A stretch of DNA of 64,000 nucleotides from assembly GCA_963741865.1 (NCBI GenBank), contig CAVUJP010000002.1, positions 193,347 to 257,346 of the forward strand, read 5' to 3'. The position numbers and the translations under genes are program-made. The notes under the pieces are model-generated. The model did not search any database. It saw only the letters and a program-made list of their open reading frames with translations, and was not told the DNA's origin. This document shows, piece by piece, positions 39,609-48,888 of this stretch (position 1 is its first letter; each line of letters starts with the position of its first letter). The DNA comes from an uncultured Flavobacteriaceae bacterium. Lineage in GTDB: Bacteria; Bacteroidota; Bacteroidia; Flavobacteriales; Flavobacteriaceae.

Positions 39609-39643
39609 AAAAAAAGCCGCTGAAAATTCAGCGGCTTTTTTTA
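39609..39643. terminator. bidirectional rho-independent terminator
   Basis: AGCCGCTGA-AAAT-TCAGCGGCT hairpin flanked by an A-run and a T-run, between convergent genes. Confidence 0.85.
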
Positions 39644-39675
39644 TTACAAATATACTTCGAATGAGTCTTTTAAAA

Positions 39676-40863
39676 TCAGCCTGAATTTTGAGGCTTTTTC
39701 TTTGGCACCTGTGTCCATACCGTTAAACTGCCTAAAACGGCCATAATTGCTCCAACGATAAAAGGAACAATATACCCAAAGCGAATTGTATATCCCGAAA
39801 CAAAGGCTCCCATGGATATCCCCAGGCCAAAAGCCATAGTTACCACCGCGAGCCGGGCAGCTGTCTGACCTTTTTCAGCCAGGTCACCTGCAAGCGCCAG
39901 GGCAGGAGCAAAAACCATCGCGGCGCTTATCCCCTGTAATCCCCTAAACAGAATGAGATGCCAGGCTTTTGTGGCAAGTCCCTGGAAAAATGTAAAAGGG
40001 ATCAAACAAATTAGCCCGATTAAAATAAAGATACGTCTTCCGTACTTATCGCTGGCTTTTCCAATTAAGGGTTGTGTGATCGCGAGTGCCCCGATCATGG
40101 CACTGAATTCTACTGAAAACATAAAGGCTCCCTGCGACAAACGCTGATTAGTTTCGGTTTCTATCGGTGATAAAAGCGCAAACCCGAAGCTCATCACAAA
40201 GGTCGCCAGGCCTAAGGCAAAAATTGGATCCAGCCACTGATTCTTTTCCTTGGATAAGATCCTTAAAATAATGGGATCTTTAGATTTTTCTGTATCAGCA
40301 TCATGGACAAAAAGCGCTACCAGAAGCATGCTTACCAAAGCACCGAGAGCTGCTATTATAAAAGTAGTATTGAATCCGTCGGTATTTCCAAATAAAGGAA
40401 GCTTATAGGGAGCATTTTTCAGCAATAAACCGCTCAGAAGCGGGCCTGCACCGAAACCTACCAGTCTGAGGGTATTATAAATTCCCATGTTATTCCCGCG
40501 ATTTTCTTCCCGGCTAACCTCACTTACCAAAGCCACGCTGGAAGTAATGGTGAGGGCCGCTGCCAGTCCCTGAGCACTTCGCACAAGAATAATGCTAATG
40601 TAACTGTGAGCATAGGCATAAGAAGCATTGGCAATAGAAAAAAGCAGAAGTCCCGCAACCGCAAAAAGTTTTCGTTTTCCGGCTCTATCAGAAAGACGGC
40701 CAACAAGCGGCTGTGCAAAACTGCTTATCAGGCCAAACAAACCCAGCACGAGACCGGTGATCAAGGAAGTGGTTAAACCAAAATCCTCGCCGCCAACACT
40801 GTTGCTGGCAATATACAGGGGAAGTACAACGATGAGAAAGGAATTGCCCATGGCATCTGCCAT
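39676..40863 (-). CDS. MFS transporter
   Basis: 12-TM-like profile with the MFS motif GRLSDRAGKRK. In-frame TM1-like sequence continues upstream of the ATG without a canonical start codon (see findings). Confidence 0.85.
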   Translation of the reverse strand: MADAMGNSFLIVVLPLYIASNSVGGEDFGLTTSLITGLVLGLFGLISSFAQPLVGRLSDRAGKRKLFAVAGLLLFSIANASYAYAHSYISIILVRSAQGLAAALTITSSVALVSEVSREENRGNNMGIYNTLRLVGFGAGPLLSGLLLKNAPYKLPLFGNTDGFNTTFIIAALGALVSMLLVALFVHDADTEKSKDPIILRILSKEKNQWLDPIFALGLATFVMSFGFALLSPIETETNQRLSQGAFMFSVEFSAMIGALAITQPLIGKASDKYGRRIFILIGLICLIPFTFFQGLATKAWHLILFRGLQGISAAMVFAPALALAGDLAEKGQTAARLAVVTMAFGLGISMGAFVSGYTIRFGYIVPFIVGAIMAVLGSLTVWTQVPKKKPQNSG

Positions 40864-40986
40864 ACGGGCAATCCCAAGAATTACTACGGAACGATTAATA
40901 ACACTCTTTTTTAAAATTCAGCTTAAAATTAAAACTAATTTTCCGTCCAGAAACTGAACATCTTTAAAAGAAATGTTACTAAAAAC

Positions 40987-42126
40987 CTAATTTTCATTGA
41001 AATTCACCGGCGTTTCCGATTCAAGCTTAGCCACTTTTTTTCCCGGAAGTCTGTAGGCGATTCCGAAATTTATAAGATAATCGGCAAATGCCGCATCTCC
41101 CTGTCTGAATTCCCCGGTTATTTCCTGAGTTTCCAGATCGGTTATACTTTGGGGCCGTTCTCTTCTAACCGCCACCGGCACATTCAGTGTAAGAGTGAAA
41201 TTGTTCTTCATAAAATCTATTCCTGGATCTACGGATAGAACATTTCCGGGCCTTCGGAAGCCTTCGCTTCCTCCAAAAACATCCTCCACGGGAACTCCTT
41301 CATATCGAGCTCCGAGTGAAGCCGAAAAGGTACCTGATACCGCATAACTGAATCCGCCGCGCAAACCGAACTGATCGGGAACCGACATGATTGCTTCATT
41401 TTCCAGGATGGGGCTGAGGGTTTCACGGAAGGTTCTTATTCCGTTTGTTTCACGTGGATTAAAAAGATAAAATCCGCCGCCATAACTGTAAAGGTTACCG
41501 CTTATTTGCTTATAAAACTGAAAATCTACGGTGAATCCAAAACCACCATCACCGGGTTGAATGGACTGATCTACAGGCCTTACCTCCGGACTGCCTTCCG
41601 GACCTACATTATAAAAAATATCGCTGGCATTATAATCGCCAGTTGGAAGTTTAATTCCTGCTCCAATAGCAATATTTCCTCCGGGGTTTGCCGCAGGTTC
41701 AAAAAGCCAGTAACCTATGCCAAGGCGTATATCTGCTAATCCTCTGGCGAAACTGGTATGCCTTTCTTCACGGCCATGCTCATATAACGAGGAGCGGGTA
41801 TTTATTACCAACGGAAGTATAAAGTTGCCGTAAAACCTGTCGCTTATGCCATAGGTGATTCCAAAATCCCAGGAATGGGAATGATTGATCACTTCGGTAT
41901 TGTTAGCTACACGGTCAGGTTCTTCTTCGGTGCCGCGGAAATGACGGAAAGATTTAAAGTACCTGTAGTTCATTCCGAATTGAAAATCTCCTTTTTGGAG
42001 CAGATTGGTTTCAAGGCTATTCCCGGTACTACAGGAAAAATGCCTGATCGCTACACAGCCCTGAGCATTAATTGTTGATAAAGAGCACAGGAACATGCAT
42101 GTAAGACAATAAATAATTTTTTTCAT
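40987..42126 (-). CDS. putative outer-membrane beta-barrel protein
   Basis: Signal peptide (..STINAQG), alternating aromatic/Gly-rich beta-strand pattern and an aromatic residue near the C-terminus. Family is uncertain. Confidence 0.6.
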   Translation of the reverse strand: MKKIIYCLTCMFLCSLSTINAQGCVAIRHFSCSTGNSLETNLLQKGDFQFGMNYRYFKSFRHFRGTEEEPDRVANNTEVINHSHSWDFGITYGISDRFYGNFILPLVINTRSSLYEHGREERHTSFARGLADIRLGIGYWLFEPAANPGGNIAIGAGIKLPTGDYNASDIFYNVGPEGSPEVRPVDQSIQPGDGGFGFTVDFQFYKQISGNLYSYGGGFYLFNPRETNGIRTFRETLSPILENEAIMSVPDQFGLRGGFSYAVSGTFSASLGARYEGVPVEDVFGGSEGFRRPGNVLSVDPGIDFMKNNFTLTLNVPVAVRRERPQSITDLETQEITGEFRQGDAAFADYLINFGIAYRLPGKKVAKLESETPVNFNEN

Positions 42127-42270
42127 TTTTTAGTGGTTAGGGAGTTTTGTCTAATTTATACTGAATTGTTCTTCTAAAAGATTAAGAAAAGGTGAATTAA
42201 GCTTAAGTAAAGGTTAAGAAGATTAACGATAGTTTAAACTAAACCAGCTTGTTATAGAAATAAAATAAAA

Positions 42271-42303
42271 AAGCCTTAAAGATTCTTCCGATCTTTAAGG
42301 CTT
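42271..42303 (-). terminator. rho-independent terminator after the DoxX-like gene
   Basis: AAGCCTTAAAGAT/ATCTTTAAGGCTT stem, followed on the minus strand by TTTTTTATTTT. Confidence 0.75.
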
Positions 42304-42326
42304 CAATTTTAGTATTAAAAAGATTG

Positions 42327-42806
42327 TTATAATTCAGGTTCAGGTTCCAAACTTTTATAGGCAAAGGATGTTTTTACCTTCTTTTCCTGTTTAGCATCAG
42401 AAAACGAACTTATCAATACACTTATTATTATAATATTCTTAATAATATACTGCCCCACCATAGATGGAATAAAGGCTCCATTAGAAAATATCTCATCCGA
42501 GAAAAAAATCATCGGTGTAAAAGTGAGAAGTATGTGTAAAAGGGCAAAAGGAATCACATAGCGTCTGTAGATATTTAAGATCAACATTACGCCAATAGCG
42601 GTTTCCCATATTGCCAGGAGTTGGTAAGCGAGATCCAAAGGAATAAATCCCATTGTTAATTTCTCTATCGTATTTTTCGCAAGGACTTCTGCCGGGCTCA
42701 GGCTGGGGAAGAATTTTAATAATCCAAACCATAGATAAACTATTCCTATGGATAGGAGTAAATAATTCCTCTTCTGAAATTTTATTCCCATAATAAAGTT
42801 TTTCAT
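42327..42806 (-). CDS. DoxX/DUF417-like small membrane protein
   Basis: 4 TM helices and the GIVYLWFGLLKFFP motif typical of DoxX-like proteins. It starts 4 nt downstream of the haloperoxidase-like gene. Confidence 0.6.
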   Translation of the reverse strand: MKNFIMGIKFQKRNYLLLSIGIVYLWFGLLKFFPSLSPAEVLAKNTIEKLTMGFIPLDLAYQLLAIWETAIGVMLILNIYRRYVIPFALLHILLTFTPMIFFSDEIFSNGAFIPSMVGQYIIKNIIIISVLISSFSDAKQEKKVKTSFAYKSLEPEPEL

Positions 42807-42810
42807 TTTT

Positions 42811-44328
42811 TTACTCGCTTCTCATTTCCTCATTTGAAGACATAGGGGCTTCTCCCAGGAGTTCCTGGAATTTTTTATAGTTATAACGAGCGATATTTCT
42901 TCCCAGAGTTAGTCCTTCCTGGTTATCAGACTGGATATGATATCCGCCCATTACTCTTGAAATACCGGCCATTTCTCCTGCTTTTGTGAACGTAGGGAAT
43001 TCCAGAATCACCGGGTCACTTAAATTATTAGGTTCGGTAAGTTCTCCCGGTATACGCTCTACTTTAGCTCCAAACTTATCGCTGCCGGTAAAAAGTCTCA
43101 GCGCCTCTGCACAGCCCCCGCTGATAGTGCTATGACCCGATACATAACTTGGAAAAGAAGGACATAAAAAAGATGCCGGAGAATAGGGTCTCCAGTCCTG
43201 ACCTTTCATTTCCATCATGCCTTTATCAGGTCCGCCCCAGCCACGTATGGTTTTATCTTTGAAATATGCATGCACAAGAGCATAAGGCCGTGCGAAATCA
43301 TAATACATTTTGGCATCCCAGCAAGCAATGAATCCATCAAATGCTACAGATTCAACATAAAAATACATTTTCACATCATCATCCAGGGTGTTCTGGTCTC
43401 TGGTCGATACGTCAAGGGAGAATACCAGCCAGTGTCCGGCCTGTTGTGCTGAAAGAGGTCCATCGCGCATAAATTCTACAAGCGCTTTATGTTCAGGAGT
43501 TAAATTTGCCTGAAGATCAACAACTTCCTGTACTTCTTTTTCCAGTTCTTTAGAACCAATTTTCGGTGGTGGTCCCGGACGAAATTGATCGGCTTTCTTT
43601 AATAAAAGAGGCTCCACTTTCTGCCAGTAAGGAGTAAGGCAACCGGGATTATATTTTTCCCCTTTTTCATTGATAAAATACTTTGGCTGCCATCTTTTAA
43701 GATCGATGTTGTTATCAATATCATTCACAGGCATATAACCAGTATAATCGGAATAAGGCGTGCCATCTGAACCTTCTACTTCGCCATATTGATTAGAGCC
43801 ATCATGCATTCTTCTCTCAATTACAGTCTTCGCGGCCAGATTTCCTATTCCCACCGCGGTAGTAGGGTCCAGGGACATATCATCAGGATCCAGGCCTAAT
43901 TCCAGCATTTTATCCCGAAACATCTTTGTGTCAAAAGGATAATATTCTTTTAAAGTTCTATATGCAGCGTAGCTTATGGCAATTTCCTTGTTTTTCAGGT
44001 TTCTCTCTGCTTCAGGAAGTCTTTCTACACCTTTGAGGTAAAGAGGGCTGGCTTTGTCATCAAAACGGGTCCACGCATCGAACATAGAGGTGAAAGTAAG
44101 GCCGATATACCTTGAAGTGATCGTAGGCCTGGGTTTATTTATATCGGTATCATGAGCGGTTCCCATGAGTGTCAAATAAGCCCATTGATGGGCAACATTG
44201 TCTTTTCCCAGAGGTTCCTTTTTTTCTACAGGATCCTTTTTCTGTACGTTGGATTTTTTGTCATTCGCCCTGCAGGGGAAAATTAGAAGAGTAGTTAAAA
44301 AAGAGAGTAGGAGTAATTTAATTTTCAT
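42811..44328 (-). CDS. PAP2-superfamily vanadium-dependent haloperoxidase-like lipoprotein
   Basis: Signal peptide with Cys (LLIFPC). The complete tripartite PAP2/VHPO motif is present: K-x6-RP (KMYYDFARP), SGH (YVSGHS) and SR-x5-H-x3-D (SRVMGGYHIQSD). Confidence 0.8.
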   Translation of the reverse strand: MKIKLLLLSFLTTLLIFPCRANDKKSNVQKKDPVEKKEPLGKDNVAHQWAYLTLMGTAHDTDINKPRPTITSRYIGLTFTSMFDAWTRFDDKASPLYLKGVERLPEAERNLKNKEIAISYAAYRTLKEYYPFDTKMFRDKMLELGLDPDDMSLDPTTAVGIGNLAAKTVIERRMHDGSNQYGEVEGSDGTPYSDYTGYMPVNDIDNNIDLKRWQPKYFINEKGEKYNPGCLTPYWQKVEPLLLKKADQFRPGPPPKIGSKELEKEVQEVVDLQANLTPEHKALVEFMRDGPLSAQQAGHWLVFSLDVSTRDQNTLDDDVKMYFYVESVAFDGFIACWDAKMYYDFARPYALVHAYFKDKTIRGWGGPDKGMMEMKGQDWRPYSPASFLCPSFPSYVSGHSTISGGCAEALRLFTGSDKFGAKVERIPGELTEPNNLSDPVILEFPTFTKAGEMAGISRVMGGYHIQSDNQEGLTLGRNIARYNYKKFQELLGEAPMSSNEEMRSE

Positions 44329-44374
44329 AAGTGATTTAGTTTATTCCAATTTTAAGGAATTTTAACTCTCAAAA

Positions 44375-44415
44375 ATGAATTTTTACATGAATTAAGTATA
44401 TTAGTTGATGAATTT
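44375..44415 (+). promoter_or_regulatory. three direct ATGAATT(T) repeats in the divergent promoter region (possible LytTR sites)
   Basis: Copies lie at 44375, 44387 and 44408, giving spacings of 12 and 21 nt. They end 22 nt upstream of the LytTR regulator start. Confidence 0.25.
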
Positions 44416-44436
44416 CCTTTATTATTTGATAAGCCT

Positions 44437-45117
44437 ATGAAGTGCCTTATTGTCGATGATGATCCCCTGATTTGTGATTTACTGGAACACTTCTGCAGTA
44501 AAATTGACAAGATTGAAAATATCAGTACAGCCAGCTCAGGTTTTGAAGCCATCAATCTTATTAATAGTTCCAATTTCAACATTATATTCCTGGACTTTGA
44601 TCTGCCCGATATCACCGGGAAAGATATTCTGAATACTCTCGATAGTGATGTTGCTGTGATTATGGTTACTTCTAATAAAGATTTTGCTTCAGATTCCTAC
44701 AATTATGATCGGGTGGTGGATTTTCTTGTTAAACCTCTTGATTTTTCGAGATTTTACAAGGGCTTTCAAAAAGCTGAAAATTACCTCTCCAGGAATCAGC
44801 AACAGGAAGCCAGGCTTTTTGTAAAAGAGGGGAATAAACTGGTCAATATCAGGATGAATGAGGTGAAATACTTTAAATCAGAAGGAAATTATATTTCCAT
44901 AATTCTGGATGACAAAAAGATCTTGACCCTGATGACTCTCAAGGATCTCGAACCAAAACTTCCCGGTTTTTTCCAGAAAGTCCATCGTTCATACATTGTG
45001 AATCTTAATAAAATAGATTTTATAGACCATAAAGCTATAGAGATGGGGAAAGAACATATTCCTGTGAGTCACAGCTTTGAAAAGGATCTGCTGAAAAAGA
45101 TCAATCTTTTAAATTAA
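44437..45117 (+). CDS. LytTR-family response regulator
   Basis: REC domain (MKCLIVDDDP ... IIFLDFDLPD) plus a C-terminal LytTR DNA-binding domain (VKYFKSEGNYISI ... HRSYIVNLNKI). Confidence 0.9.
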   Translation: MKCLIVDDDPLICDLLEHFCSKIDKIENISTASSGFEAINLINSSNFNIIFLDFDLPDITGKDILNTLDSDVAVIMVTSNKDFASDSYNYDRVVDFLVKPLDFSRFYKGFQKAENYLSRNQQQEARLFVKEGNKLVNIRMNEVKYFKSEGNYISIILDDKKILTLMTLKDLEPKLPGFFQKVHRSYIVNLNKIDFIDHKAIEMGKEHIPVSHSFEKDLLKKINLLN

Positions 45118-47710
45118 TTCGGCTTTCGTTTCTAAAACAGCACAGGCAATAGGCGAAATGCTGCCGGATAAGGTCCAGCTCCTCTGAGGTAAGGCTCGAA
45201 ACATTGTGGGGAATAATTTCTTTGAGCCTAAATAGCTTTAAATTTTTGAGATTGGCAACCAGCTTGTGAAGAATCGACTCCCAGTCTTTCTGATCTCCGG
45301 TTTCTGCTACTTCAAGGATACGTTTAAGATAGGTTTCGAATTCTTCATGCAAAAGTTTCAGCACCTTTGATACCTTCTCCGGATTATGATCATAATTGCT
45401 GAAGATATTTGAAAAATCGGGCACTTCAAATTCATTTTTTCCCAATAAACAGTACACCAGGTCCTGGACATGGTTTATATCATAAGGTTTCTGAAAATAA
45501 TACGGAGTGATCTCCTCAATTTCCTGAGGTTCCAGTGCCGTTAAAAGAATTAATGGAATATTGACCTTCGTGGAAGCTCTCCATTTTTTCAGATTTGGCG
45601 TTAGATTTTCATCCTCCAGCATCAAATCACTTATCACCAGGTTAAAGCTTTCATCATTCAGCGCATGCATAGCATCTTCTGTCTTTCTGGCTCTTTTAAT
45701 TATAATCTTTTTATCGTCTAAAATATATTTTATCAATTCTGCAGTAGAATTATCATCTTCGATATACAGAATTTGGTAGGTATTTCTGAATTCGGGCAAT
45801 AAATATTTTTCGCTGCTGCTTTGGGTTTTCTTTTCAGATTTTACCTGTTCCACAGGAATATTGATGCAGAATTCTGAACCCTGTCCTTTTACAGAAGTCG
45901 CTTTAAAAGTTCCTCCAAAAAGCTCGGTTAATTGCTTCACAATAGAAAGACCTAAGCCATAACCGCCAAACCTTCCATCCATTTCCCCTTTTTCCCTAAA
46001 GAAGCGATCGTTGATTTTCTCGATATTTTCTGCTAAAATCCCTATACCCGTATCTTTTATTTTTATTTCCAGCTTAGTATTATCCACGATTTTAGCGGTA
46101 AGAATGATCTCTCCTTCTTTGGTATATTTTATGGCATTCACTACCAGGTTGGTGACCATTTGGGAAAGACGTAAGGGATCGGTCTGAAAATCATTTTTTT
46201 CAAGTTTCGAATCTATATGTAAATAAAATAACAGGCCTTTTTGTAAAGCTTCAAATTGATAGGTAGAATGTATATCTTTCAATAAACGCTCAATATTAGT
46301 GGCTTTATAAGCGATCTGTAATTTTCCTTCTATCAGTTTTTGGTGATCCAGCACATCATAAACAAGTCCCGCGAGGTTCGTGGCGCTTTTTTCCAGGGAT
46401 GCTATAATGTTTTTCTGCGTTTCGGAAGGTGACTGTTTATGCAGAATTTGAGTAAGTCCTAAAATAGAATTTAGAGGAGTTCGAAGCTCGTGGCTCATGT
46501 TCTGAAGGAATTCATCCCGTTGTTCCTTAGCCTGCTTTTCCTTTTTTAAGGCTGTATTGAGTTCTGTTACATTCTTATCTATTCTGGCTTTCATTTTTAC
46601 AAAGGAATTTGCCAGAATTCCTATCTCATCTTTTCGGTTTACCGGAAGATCTATATGATTCTTATTACTCTCATAATTACTTATCGCCTTTGTGATCTGG
46701 TTGATCTTTTTAGATAAAAAACTGGTAAATATCCAGGAAATTAAGATCGAGATGAAACATACAAGCAACAGGGTTCTTAGACTGTATAACTGTACGGCAC
46801 GAGCATTGGCAAGAAGAATATCCTCCTTAATAGACGTAATGAGATAAATTTTCCTTCTTTCCTTAAAATAATTCAGTTCCTTCAGAAAGGTGAGATAAGG
46901 TTGATCGCCATTCTTTACCAATTTGAACCGCTGTTTTTCATCAAGAACTACATGATAATCGGAAAAAAAGTTATGATCGGTATGCTTTTGCACGGCAAAT
47001 TGTTCCTCTTCGTCGGGAGAATATAAATACTGTCCGCTTTTATCAATCAGGTAGAATTGAGTCGAGCCTCTTGAGATCTGCCGGAATTTTTCGTACAGCC
47101 TGCTCATATCCACATTGATCACAAGAATACCCATCGCCTGGCCTTCGTCATTGAAAATCGGACTTGCAGCTCGTAGAGTAGGAGTAGGAGGATCACTTAT
47201 CACTCCATATTCTTCATTGAGGTTGATTCGTGAAAAGTAAAATTCACCGGGATTTATTTGCAGTGTTTCCCTAAAATATTCCCGATCTCCTTTTTGCTGA
47301 AGAGTATCAGCTTTAGAAATTTCGCCGTTTAACTTTTCATAGCGAATTACTTCCTTACCATTATTTTCAATTCCGATCCAGCGTATCTGGAAGTAATCTG
47401 CCTTATTTTCAAGGGTGGTGCGAAAAAGTTTTTCAACATTCCTGCTCGTTTCTTCCGAAGGGGCATTGATATAATTTTGAAGGGAAGGACTATCGGCAAT
47501 AACGGCAACATCATTAGAGACTTCCTTCAACAGCGAATAAAAAGACTGTTCAGCCATTTCAGAGGAATGACTGAGATTTTCCTTTGAATAATCTACAATA
47601 ACGGCTGAGGCTTTGCGGAAAACCAGATAGCCTGATACAAGAATGGAAAAAATAATCAGTGCCGTGAAAAAAAGAGCAAAACGGGTTACAATGGAATGCC
47701 GAAACTTCAA
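45101..47710 (-). CDS. hybrid sensor histidine kinase/response regulator with Hpt-like C-terminus
   Basis: 869 aa with this order: N-terminal TM, Cache-like periplasmic region, TM, HAMP, HisKA (SHELRTPLN), HATPase (GYGLGLSIV), REC (ILYIEDD...ISDLML) and an Hpt-like end (HKLVANLKNL). Confidence 0.9.
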   Translation of the reverse strand: MKFRHSIVTRFALFFTALIIFSILVSGYLVFRKASAVIVDYSKENLSHSSEMAEQSFYSLLKEVSNDVAVIADSPSLQNYINAPSEETSRNVEKLFRTTLENKADYFQIRWIGIENNGKEVIRYEKLNGEISKADTLQQKGDREYFRETLQINPGEFYFSRINLNEEYGVISDPPTPTLRAASPIFNDEGQAMGILVINVDMSRLYEKFRQISRGSTQFYLIDKSGQYLYSPDEEEQFAVQKHTDHNFFSDYHVVLDEKQRFKLVKNGDQPYLTFLKELNYFKERRKIYLITSIKEDILLANARAVQLYSLRTLLLVCFISILISWIFTSFLSKKINQITKAISNYESNKNHIDLPVNRKDEIGILANSFVKMKARIDKNVTELNTALKKEKQAKEQRDEFLQNMSHELRTPLNSILGLTQILHKQSPSETQKNIIASLEKSATNLAGLVYDVLDHQKLIEGKLQIAYKATNIERLLKDIHSTYQFEALQKGLLFYLHIDSKLEKNDFQTDPLRLSQMVTNLVVNAIKYTKEGEIILTAKIVDNTKLEIKIKDTGIGILAENIEKINDRFFREKGEMDGRFGGYGLGLSIVKQLTELFGGTFKATSVKGQGSEFCINIPVEQVKSEKKTQSSSEKYLLPEFRNTYQILYIEDDNSTAELIKYILDDKKIIIKRARKTEDAMHALNDESFNLVISDLMLEDENLTPNLKKWRASTKVNIPLILLTALEPQEIEEITPYYFQKPYDINHVQDLVYCLLGKNEFEVPDFSNIFSNYDHNPEKVSKVLKLLHEEFETYLKRILEVAETGDQKDWESILHKLVANLKNLKLFRLKEIIPHNVSSLTSEELDLIRQHFAYCLCCFRNESRINLKD

Positions 47711-47834
47711 CTGATTGGAATATTTACAGAAACGAATATAGGTTTAATTTAGCTTGAATACAATTCTGTTTAAGACACATAATAAATGAAAAAATTATAA
47801 ATATTCTGAAATCAAAAAAATATTTACAACAAAA

Positions 47835-47925
47835 AAGAGGCCGTCTAAAAAGCTCTGGTTTTGTAAGGTTAAACTTGTTTAAGATTTAAAATTACGTTTC
47901 TTCAACTTCTTAGACGGCCTCTTTT
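47835..47925. terminator. long inverted repeat (22-nt arms, ~53-nt loop) with A-run/T-run flanks; likely terminator of the 47977..48675 gene
   Basis: AAAAAAGAGGCCGTCTAAAAAG pairs with CTTCTTAGACGGCCTCTTTTTT with one mismatch. Confidence 0.5.
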
Positions 47926-47976
47926 TTATCCAGAAACAGCTTTTATTTCTGAATAATTTTTATGAAGCAAGGAGCA

Positions 47977-48675
47977 TTATTTCAAAAAAATATCTCCGCT
48001 CACGGTTTGGAGATTTAAGGAATTGCTGGTGCTGGCGGCTACTAATTCCAACTCTTCACCTATAAATTTTTCTTTTCTGAAATTGTTCAATTTGGAATCT
48101 ATGTGAATTTTCCCTGTTACGGTTTTTGCGGAAATAGAAGTGTTTTCAGAAGGCAATTCAATTTTACCGTTCACAGTTTCCAGCTTTAGGTTTCCCTTAA
48201 ATTTCCTGATGCTTATATCGCCGTTTACCAGGTCGGCATTAATATTTCCCTGAAAGAATTCTGAAGAAATATTTCCCGTAATACTTGAAATATCTACTTT
48301 GATACCTTTTGGAAGATAAAGTTTATAATCGAACTGATGTTTTAAAGCATTGGTATATAATACTGAAAGACCCTGTTTTCCCTGCTCTTTTTGATAAGCT
48401 TTAAAAATTTCTTTCGAATTTGACGAAACATTTATTAAAGAACCATTCCGCTCAACATTTAAAGCATATAGAGCAGTGTATTTTTCGTCTTCGGTGCTGA
48501 TGTTTGCGATAATCTGAATAGTTGGTTTGTCCCAGGAAACCACTTCTATGGAAGAGGCAAAATCAAGTTCAATTTCAACCGGTTGTCCTTCATATTCAAT
48601 ATTTTTTTCAATAGTTTTCTGAGCCTGCAGGCTGATACTCGTACAAAATAATAAAGCGATGATTAAATTTTTCAT
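47977..48675 (-). CDS. hypothetical secreted beta-strand-repeat protein (DUF4097/putative-adhesin-like, tentative)
   Basis: Signal peptide (..SISLQAQK) and repeated (T/V)xxG(D/K)I(x) strands (TGNISSEF, NGDISIRK, NGKIELPS, TGKIHIDS, SGDIFLK). Confidence 0.55.
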   Translation of the reverse strand: MKNLIIALLFCTSISLQAQKTIEKNIEYEGQPVEIELDFASSIEVVSWDKPTIQIIANISTEDEKYTALYALNVERNGSLINVSSNSKEIFKAYQKEQGKQGLSVLYTNALKHQFDYKLYLPKGIKVDISSITGNISSEFFQGNINADLVNGDISIRKFKGNLKLETVNGKIELPSENTSISAKTVTGKIHIDSKLNNFRKEKFIGEELELVAASTSNSLNLQTVSGDIFLK

Positions 48676-48792
48676 AAGATGAATTTTGATTGATGATAAA
48701 GTTTCTTTCCATAAAGACGAAACTGAAAAACAGATGTTGCACCTGGCGCAGGATTTTTCAGTTTAAGAATAGATTTAGCCTGAACTATTTTA

Positions 48793-48850
48793 CAGAACTA
48801 TAACAATCAAAAAAGCCCAAATTTATGATTTCCTTGACGCCCTGCTTTTT
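48793..48850 (+). repeat. intergenic repeat copy A (core AAATTTATGATTTCCTTGA)
   Basis: Shares CAGAACTAT..AACA and a 19-nt core (18/19) plus GACGC..CTG..TTTTT with 52820..52875. Confidence 0.5.
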
Positions 48851-48888
48851 AATCTCTGTTTAGCTTAGATCATGAAAAATTTCAGATT

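Noticed and set aside
44352-44615. 87-aa minus-strand ORF spanning the divergent promoter and the start of the LytTR regulator
   Set aside because: It overlaps a well-supported REC domain on the other strand and an AT-rich promoter region, so it is not credible coding.
47837-47921. GCCGTCT core of the inverted repeat resembling the Neisseria DNA uptake sequence (GCCGTCTGAA)
   Set aside because: Only 7-8 nt match. The host is clearly Bacteroidota-like, and this window has only the single inverted pair. I treat it as coincidence.
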